Assembly (NCBI RefSeq): GCF_000010065.1
Contig: NC_006576.1
Coordinates: 1,530,001 to 1,562,000, forward strand
Direction of reading: 5' to 3'
Length of the DNA: 32,000 nucleotides
Source of the DNA: Synechococcus elongatus PCC 6301
GTDB lineage: Bacteria > Cyanobacteriota > Cyanobacteriia > Synechococcales > Synechococcaceae
Shown here in pieces: positions 26,618 through 32,000 of the stretch; the first letter of the stretch is position 1; each line of letters begins with the position of its first letter. The notes beneath the pieces were generated by a model, which saw only the letters and a list, made by a program, of their open reading frames with translations, had not been told where the DNA came from and searched no databases. The translations under genes and the position numbers were made by a program.

Positions 26618-27640
26618 GACTGGGTTTGAGGGGGTAAAGTGCAAGGGCAATCGCGTTACCACTGAAACTGATGGCTGAGACCTGCTTTCACCCTGGACAG
26701 CCTATCTGGAGACTACCTAGGCCGCAGTGAGGGATCTAGGAACAGGCGGAGTGGAGCAATTAGAAAAAGAGTAGGATTGCTGTCGCATCTGTTAACAGTA
26801 ATAGGCTGGCGACTGCGGAACACCGCCCGATCGCAAAAGCGAACGTTAGGCACTGAGGCGATCAGAGTAGATGTTGCGCCTTTAGCCAGCGCTACACTGT
26901 AGAGCTTTGAGCAGTCTGTAGATATCGAGGGCGGCGCTCATGATGCTGTTGTTGAGGAGAAGGTAGGAGTCAGAGTCACTGAGGCGATCGCTGACGACAT
27001 AGTCGGCGAGGATGCGACTGGTGTCGAGACTGCTAGGGAACCAAACGAGGTTGGTTTACAACAATGTAGCGGTGCAGGTAACGAAGCCTTAGCTTTTGCT
27101 GCTTTGTTTGGTGCAGCGTTGGCGTTGCTTAAGCGTCAGGCTGAGTAGAGGTTCGAAGACGGTTTGCAGTTCCATGCAAAGCTCACGTAGTCGGTCGGGT
27201 TTCTCTGGAGTGAGAGGGGATGCTGGGGACATACATAGAATTACTTCGACTGTGTACAACTAGGCTATGGGAAGTTGCCGCGAACTACATCTGGGATAAC
27301 AGAGGCGATGGGTATTGAGGTTGATGAAGCTAAAGCTTTAGGTTTTCTTTGAATTGGTGTGGCCGGGTATCGTTTGGGTATAGCTGGGTCATGTTTAAGG
27401 GTCGTTGGACAATGTTCGGAAGTAGCAGAGTGATTTTTTAGGGTGAGTGGATATGGTGCGAGAGCAACTAACTAGCCTTAAAGAGAGAAGCAGCGATTAA
27501 AAGGTGATTCCAAATACTGTCTTAGGTTGCAAAGTTAATGTTATTTAACAAAGCTATTACGTCAGATAGGTTTGTGTAAAACTTGTCGATGTGATACTTG
27601 TTAAGCTCATTAACTAGGCTGTTAATCATCACTTGTTGGA

Positions 27641-28414
27641 ATGAAAGCTGTAATTTTGGCAGGTGGTCTTGGTACAAGACTAAGTGAAGAGACTCACCTA
27701 AGACCTAAGCCAATGGTAGAAGTTGGTGGCAAACCAATTCTTTGGCATATCCTTAAAATCTATAGTCATTTTGGCATTCAGGAATTTATTATTTGCTGTG
27801 GTTATAAGGGCTATTTAATTAAAGATTATTTTGCCAACTATTTTTTGTATACCAGTGATGTAACATTTCATATGGATATTGATAACCATATGGAAGTTCA
27901 TCACCGAAAAAGCGAGCCGTGGAAAGTTACGCTTGTAGATACTGGCGAGATGAGTCAGACAGGAGGGCGGTTAGGCCGAGTTCGCCATTATCTAAATGAC
28001 GAAACCTTCTGTTTTACCTATGGAGATGGTGTTGCAGATGTCAATATTCATGCACTTGTTCAACACCATCAAAAGGCAGAATGTCAGGCAACACTAACTG
28101 CTGTCCAGCCTCCTGGCCGTTACGGTGCCCTGAGTCTGGAAGGTGATACGGTATTGCAGTTCCAAGAGAAACCTGAGGGTGATAACGCTTGGATTAATGG
28201 TGGCTTCTTCGTACTTGAACCCAATGTTTTGGACTTGATTGCAGACGATAGCTGTAGCTGGGAGGGAGAAATTTTGCCTCAACTTGCTGCTGCTGGTCAG
28301 CTCTCTGCTTATCGGCACCGAGGTTTTTGGCAGCCAATGGATACCTTGAGAGACCGGACTCGTTTAGAGGAGCTATGGGCTAATAATCAGGCCCCCTGGA
28401 AGCTTTGGGAATGA
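27641..28414 (+). CDS. rfbF: glucose-1-phosphate cytidylyltransferase
   Basis: MKAVILAGGLGTRLSEET..KPMVEVGGKPILWHI nucleotidyltransferase loop. The 257-aa length and the C-terminal WQPMDTLRD motif are typical of RfbF/DdhA. Confidence 0.9.
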   Translation: MKAVILAGGLGTRLSEETHLRPKPMVEVGGKPILWHILKIYSHFGIQEFIICCGYKGYLIKDYFANYFLYTSDVTFHMDIDNHMEVHHRKSEPWKVTLVDTGEMSQTGGRLGRVRHYLNDETFCFTYGDGVADVNIHALVQHHQKAECQATLTAVQPPGRYGALSLEGDTVLQFQEKPEGDNAWINGGFFVLEPNVLDLIADDSCSWEGEILPQLAAAGQLSAYRHRGFWQPMDTLRDRTRLEELWANNQAPWKLWE

Positions 28415-29517
28415 ACTCTAGCTTTTGGCGCGATCGCCAAGTGCTGATCACAGGGCATACGGGCTTTAAGGGAAGCTGGCTAACGCTTTGGTTATTGATG
28501 CAAGGGGCTGATGTTTGGGGGTATGCCCTACCTCCAGAATCCGAGCGATCGCTGTTTACAGCCTTGGACTTGGCGAACCAGCGGCAAGCGGGTTGGGGTT
28601 ACTTTCAGTATCGGCTCGGAGAGATGAATGATGCTGAAGCTCTGAGGCAGTGGGTAGAACAAGCACAACCTGAGGTGGTGTTTCACCTAGCGGCTCAACC
28701 TTTAGTCCGTCGAAGCTATGCCGATCCCTTGGGAACTTGGCAAACGAATGTTCTCGGTAGCCTGCAACTGCTCGAAGCCCTAAAAAGTTTGCAGCACCCT
28801 TGCGCCATGGTGATGGTGACAACAGATAAGGTTTACGAAAATCGTGAGTGGGTCTACGGCTATCGGGAGACTGATTGCTTAGGAGGGCATGATCCCTACA
28901 GTGCCAGCAAAGCAGCGATGGAGTTAGCCGTGGCTAGTTGGCGATCGAGCTTTTGTGGGGATGCGGCTCATCAAACGCCGTATTTAGCGATCGCGACGGC
29001 GCGGGCAGGCAATGTGATTGGCGGGGGAGACTGGGCAGTCGATCGCATCGTGCCAGATGCGGTTCGGTCTCTATCAGCCGGTGCTGCTATTGCTGTTCGT
29101 AATTCCCACTCAACTCGACCTTGGCAGCATGTTTTGGAACCGCTAGGAGGATATCTACTGTTGGCGCAGCGACTGCTTGGACATCAGCAGTCTGCGGAGA
29201 AAACGGTGAATCCGTTTGCGCGAGCTTTTAACTTTGGCCCAGCAATAGAGTCCAATCGTTCTGTGAAAGAGCTGATTACGACAGTGCTTCAGCATTGGCC
29301 GGGACAGTGGTTCGACCAATCCGATCCAACAGCTCCGCACGAGGCTGGGCTATTGCATCTCGTCAGTGACCAAGCACGTCAGCTCCTGGGCTGGCAGCCT
29401 CGCTGGGATTTTGAAACAACCGTCAGCAGAACGATCCATTGGTATCGACCGGTCATGATGACAGGAGGCTCAGCATTGGAGGCTTGTCTTGAGGACCTTG
29501 CTACTTACGGGCAGTGA
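28411..29517 (+). CDS. rfbG: CDP-glucose 4,6-dehydratase
   Basis: ATG at 28411 overlaps the rfbF stop (ATGA). Rossmann motif ITGHTGFKGSWL, catalytic YSASKAAMEL, 368 aa. Confidence 0.9.
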   Translation: MNSSFWRDRQVLITGHTGFKGSWLTLWLLMQGADVWGYALPPESERSLFTALDLANQRQAGWGYFQYRLGEMNDAEALRQWVEQAQPEVVFHLAAQPLVRRSYADPLGTWQTNVLGSLQLLEALKSLQHPCAMVMVTTDKVYENREWVYGYRETDCLGGHDPYSASKAAMELAVASWRSSFCGDAAHQTPYLAIATARAGNVIGGGDWAVDRIVPDAVRSLSAGAAIAVRNSHSTRPWQHVLEPLGGYLLLAQRLLGHQQSAEKTVNPFARAFNFGPAIESNRSVKELITTVLQHWPGQWFDQSDPTAPHEAGLLHLVSDQARQLLGWQPRWDFETTVSRTIHWYRPVMMTGGSALEACLEDLATYGQ

Positions 29518-29522
29518 TACTG

Positions 29523-29792
29523 ATGGAGCTCACTCGCCATGCAATCGATAAATTAGAGACCTATGGCATTCAGGGTGATCGTTTTCAGAGTTGGTTAGCG
29601 GCGCTCCCAGCCGGTGAAGTCTTTCAAGATTTAACGAGTGGTGCCGTCGGATTAGTGGTTCGATGGGAAGAGCGACCTTGGATTGTGATTCTGAGTGAAG
29701 ATAGAGCCAAAGTCGTGACAACGTACCCGACAGACGAGCGCGCAGTAACCAATCGTCGTGGAGGTGGTCGATGGATTTTTCTCAACAGCTGA
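29523..29792 (+). CDS. small hypothetical protein, DUF4258-like (putative toxin-like component)
   Basis: LTRHAIDKLETYGI near the N-terminus and ...RPWIVILSEDRAKVVTTYPTDE resemble the DUF4258 pattern (HA..R...RgI ... vvTvY). An alternative GTG at 29514 overlaps the rfbG stop. Recognition by eye only. Confidence 0.4.
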   Translation: MELTRHAIDKLETYGIQGDRFQSWLAALPAGEVFQDLTSGAVGLVVRWEERPWIVILSEDRAKVVTTYPTDERAVTNRRGGGRWIFLNS

Positions 29793-30016
29793 CAGAACAG
29801 ATCAAGGGAATGGAGCGCTTGATTGATGCAGAGAGTGGAGCGATTTTATTCCGACATCCTAGTTTGAGAGGCATCCCCGATTTAGTGGTAGAGGGGGATG
29901 GATACCAGCTGGAGTTTATTGGGTCAACGCTACTGTGTCTTGATATTCAAGATCCTGTTGCGATCGCTCGTTTGCTAGCTGAGCCAGTAAAGTCACAGTT
30001 GCCTGTTGGCGTCTGA
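29771..30016 (+). CDS. small hypothetical protein (possible partner/antitoxin-like, loosely DUF2283-like)
   Basis: 81-codon ORF overlapping the previous ORF by 22 nt (alternative ATG at 29810). IDAESGAILFRH ... LEFIGSTLLCLDIQD is loosely reminiscent of DUF2283. Confidence 0.35.
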   Translation: MDFSQQLTEQIKGMERLIDAESGAILFRHPSLRGIPDLVVEGDGYQLEFIGSTLLCLDIQDPVAIARLLAEPVKSQLPVGV

Positions 30017-30036
30017 CTCTTGGGATAGAACGGCTG

Positions 30037-30582
30037 ATGCCAACTGAGTTACGAGCAACGGCGATCGCAGGCGTGCTGGAACTCATTAGTCAGCCTTTTC
30101 AGGATCATCGAGGTGCTTTTCTCAATGCTTTTCGGGAACAAGAGCCTGCGTTTGCAGAAGCTTGGGGAGACCGCAGGATTGCCCAAGTGAATCTGAGCCG
30201 AACTGACAGAGTTGGAGCGATTCGGGGGCTACATTTGCAAGCAGCACCTCACAGTGAAGCAAAGCTCGTTCGTTGTCTACGAGGACGGGTGTGGGATGTT
30301 GCAGTTGATCTGCGGCAGGATTCTGCAACCTATGGCCAATGGCAAGCAGTAGAACTATCTCCTGAGCAAGCTAATGCACTACTGATTCCTGAAGGCTGTG
30401 CTCATGGTTTCCAGGTGCTCGAAGCCAATAGCGAATTACTCTATCTGCATTCTGGGACTTGGGTACCAGAAGCCGAGACGGGCATTCGTTGGGACGATCC
30501 TCAACTGGCGATCGCTTGGCCGCTGCCGATGTCTGAACTAAGCGATCGCGATCGCGCTTTACCGTTTCTCTCGGGATTATGA
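30037..30582 (+). CDS. NDP-4-keto-6-deoxyhexose 3,5-epimerase family protein (RmlC-like cupin)
   Basis: GVLELISQPFQDHRGAFLNAF, IRGLHLQ, KLVRCLRGRVWDVAVDLR and EGCAHGFQVL are the RmlC-family motifs. 181 aa. Confidence 0.8.
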   Translation: MPTELRATAIAGVLELISQPFQDHRGAFLNAFREQEPAFAEAWGDRRIAQVNLSRTDRVGAIRGLHLQAAPHSEAKLVRCLRGRVWDVAVDLRQDSATYGQWQAVELSPEQANALLIPEGCAHGFQVLEANSELLYLHSGTWVPEAETGIRWDDPQLAIAWPLPMSELSDRDRALPFLSGL

Positions 30583-31811
30583 GTCATTCCTGCCGCCACT
30601 GTGGATCGCTCCTCCAGCAAGAGGTGATCGATCTGGGGCACCAACCACCCAGCAATGCTTACCTAACGGCAGAGCAGTTGTTGTTGCCCGAGCTGACCTA
30701 TCCGCTCAAGGTCTATGTTTGTACGGACTGTTGGCTTGTACAGTTACCGGCGCATGCGGCGGCTGAGGAACTCTTTACAGCTGACTATGCCTATTTTTCG
30801 AGTACGTCTGAGAGCTGGTGTGCCCATGCTCAGCGGTTTGTGGAGCAAGCAGTTGAGCAACTAGAGCTAGGACCCAAGAGTTTGGTAGTGGAGATAGCCA
30901 GTAATGATGGCTACCTACTGCAGTATGTGCAGCAGCGGGGGATTCCTTGCTTGGGTATTGAACCAACGCAAGCAACTGCCAATGCTGCTCGCAATCGGGG
31001 GATTGAAACGATTGAGCGCTTCTTTGGAACAGCACTGGCCGAGGAACTCACTGCCGAAGGCGCTCCGGTGAGTGGCGGGGCCGATTTGGTAGTAGCTAAC
31101 AACGTCTTGGCGCATGTGCCCGACATTAATGACTTTATGGCGGGGATTGCAAAGCTGCTAAAACCTCAAGGCCGGGCTTCGCTGGAGTTTCCACACTTGC
31201 TGAGGCTGTTGGAAGGTAATCAGTTTGACACGATCTATCACGAGCATTACAGCTACCTAAGCCTAAAGGTTGTGCAGCAGATTGCTAATCTTGTAGGCCT
31301 AGTGATTGCAGATGTAGAGCAGCTAGCAACACATGGAGGGAGTTTACGAGTTTGGTTGGTCCATCAAGGAACCACAGAACCCAGCAGATCTGTTGAGGAA
31401 TTACTGGCAATTGAGGCAATAAGCCAGCTCGAGCAGATTGAGACCTATACTGATTTTCAGAAGCGGGCAGAGGCTGCAAAAGACGATTTGTTAGGTTTTT
31501 TACTACAGGAAAAGCAAAATGGAAAATTTGTTTTAGGCTATGGCGCTGCAGCTAAAGGAAATACCTTGCTGAACTATGCAGGAGTCAAAGTAGATTTACT
31601 ACCTGCTGTAGCGGATCGAGCGATGAGTAAGCAAGGAAAATTTCTACCAGGTAGCCATATTCCCGTCATCAGTCCAGAGGAACTTATCAAACAACAGGTT
31701 GATTGGCTGTTGGTATTGCCATGGAATCTTGTTCATGAAATTAGAAAACAGTTACCTGAATATCCATTGGTCACGGCAATTCCTGAATTAAAGACTTGGA
31801 GTTCTCAATAA
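30579..31811 (+). CDS. NDP-hexose C-methyltransferase (TylCIII-like: Zn-ribbon, SAM methyltransferase and C-terminal C-methyltransferase domains)
   Basis: ATGA overlap with the upstream gene. N-terminal Cys pairs CRHCGS...CTDCWLVQL, SAM-binding VVEIASNDGYLL, and C-terminal GYGAAAKGNTLLNY typical of this family. 410 aa. Confidence 0.8.
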   Translation: MSHSCRHCGSLLQQEVIDLGHQPPSNAYLTAEQLLLPELTYPLKVYVCTDCWLVQLPAHAAAEELFTADYAYFSSTSESWCAHAQRFVEQAVEQLELGPKSLVVEIASNDGYLLQYVQQRGIPCLGIEPTQATANAARNRGIETIERFFGTALAEELTAEGAPVSGGADLVVANNVLAHVPDINDFMAGIAKLLKPQGRASLEFPHLLRLLEGNQFDTIYHEHYSYLSLKVVQQIANLVGLVIADVEQLATHGGSLRVWLVHQGTTEPSRSVEELLAIEAISQLEQIETYTDFQKRAEAAKDDLLGFLLQEKQNGKFVLGYGAAAKGNTLLNYAGVKVDLLPAVADRAMSKQGKFLPGSHIPVISPEELIKQQVDWLLVLPWNLVHEIRKQLPEYPLVTAIPELKTWSSQ

Positions 31812-31814
31812 TTT

Positions 31815-32000
31815 ATGGCTAAGCAATCCTATCGGAAAATTCCTTACACCAAGCCTTCAATTACTGAGCTGGAGATTCAATATGCAACTGATGCAGCCCG
31901 AAACGGCTGGGGTGAACATTGCTATGACTACATCATCCGCTTTGAAGAAGCATTTAAACAACACCTAGGTGTGCAATATGCCATTGCAACCAGTAGCTGT
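31815..32000 (+). CDS. DegT/DnrJ/EryC1/StrS-family aminotransferase/dehydratase, 5' part only (runs off the window)
   Basis: Absent from the ORF track because no stop is reached. ATG at 31815 gives MAKQSYRKIPYTKPSITELEIQYATDAARNGWGEHCYDYIIRFEEAFKQHLGVQYAIATSSC, the typical DegT N-terminus. Confidence 0.75.
   Translation, partial: MAKQSYRKIPYTKPSITELEIQYATDAARNGWGEHCYDYIIRFEEAFKQHLGVQYAIATSSC

Noticed and set aside
26717-27232. A minus-strand reading frame of 172 codons that looked like a decayed gene (MSPASPLTPEK...; a later segment ...FPSSLDTSRILADYVV is vaguely PIN-like), with 5 internal stops.
   Set aside because: Six stops in 172 codons is close to the random expectation for this GC content. 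The frame therefore carries no statistical support, and I recognised no family confidently. I kept it only as a note within the ORF-free-region finding.
1-32000. Whether the regularly recurring GCGATCGC copies could be a CRISPR-like array.
   Set aside because: The copies are 8-bp palindromes scattered mostly inside coding regions with irregular spacing. There are no 25-40 bp repeats with unique spacers, and no cas genes.

Overview
The window looks like chromosomal DNA from a unicellular cyanobacterium. The octamer GCGATCGC (HIP1) occurs about once per 300-400 bp over most of the sequence. Gene content and order (chorismate lyase, plmA-like GntR regulator, tRNA-Asn, M50 protease, glgX, ssb, pepP, ispH, infC) match what I recall for Synechococcus elongatus PCC 7942/6301. 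That identification is recognition only and is not verified. Positions 1-26000 are mostly tightly packed housekeeping genes, about 30 CDS plus one tRNA. Positions 26000-27640 form a junction zone: a truncated DUF2887/Rpn-like gene stub, a small Cys-based phosphatase gene, and about 1 kb with no ORF of 60 codons or more. Positions 27641-32000 hold a translationally coupled sugar-nucleotide (O-antigen-type) operon: rfbF, rfbG, two small ORFs, an RmlC-like epimerase, a C-methyltransferase and a DegT-family gene cut by the window end. Parts of this operon are AT-rich and free of HIP1. I found no CRISPR array, rRNA, intact IS element or recognisable named defence system. The observations most worth a second look are: (1) a frameshifted HAD hydrolase gene bracketed by 75-bp direct repeats that duplicate the glgX 3' end and the HAD start; (2) a 42-nt HIP1-bounded perfect palindromic element sitting in frame inside a DegT aminotransferase gene; (3) a two-gene toxin-antitoxin-like cassette (DUF4258-like plus a small partner) embedded in the sugar operon; (4) the compositional mosaic of the sugar operon and the decayed junction upstream of it; (5) an operon of an ABC exporter, a small highly charged protein and a membrane HEAGH protein. 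All functional calls rest on motifs read by eye. No database search was run.
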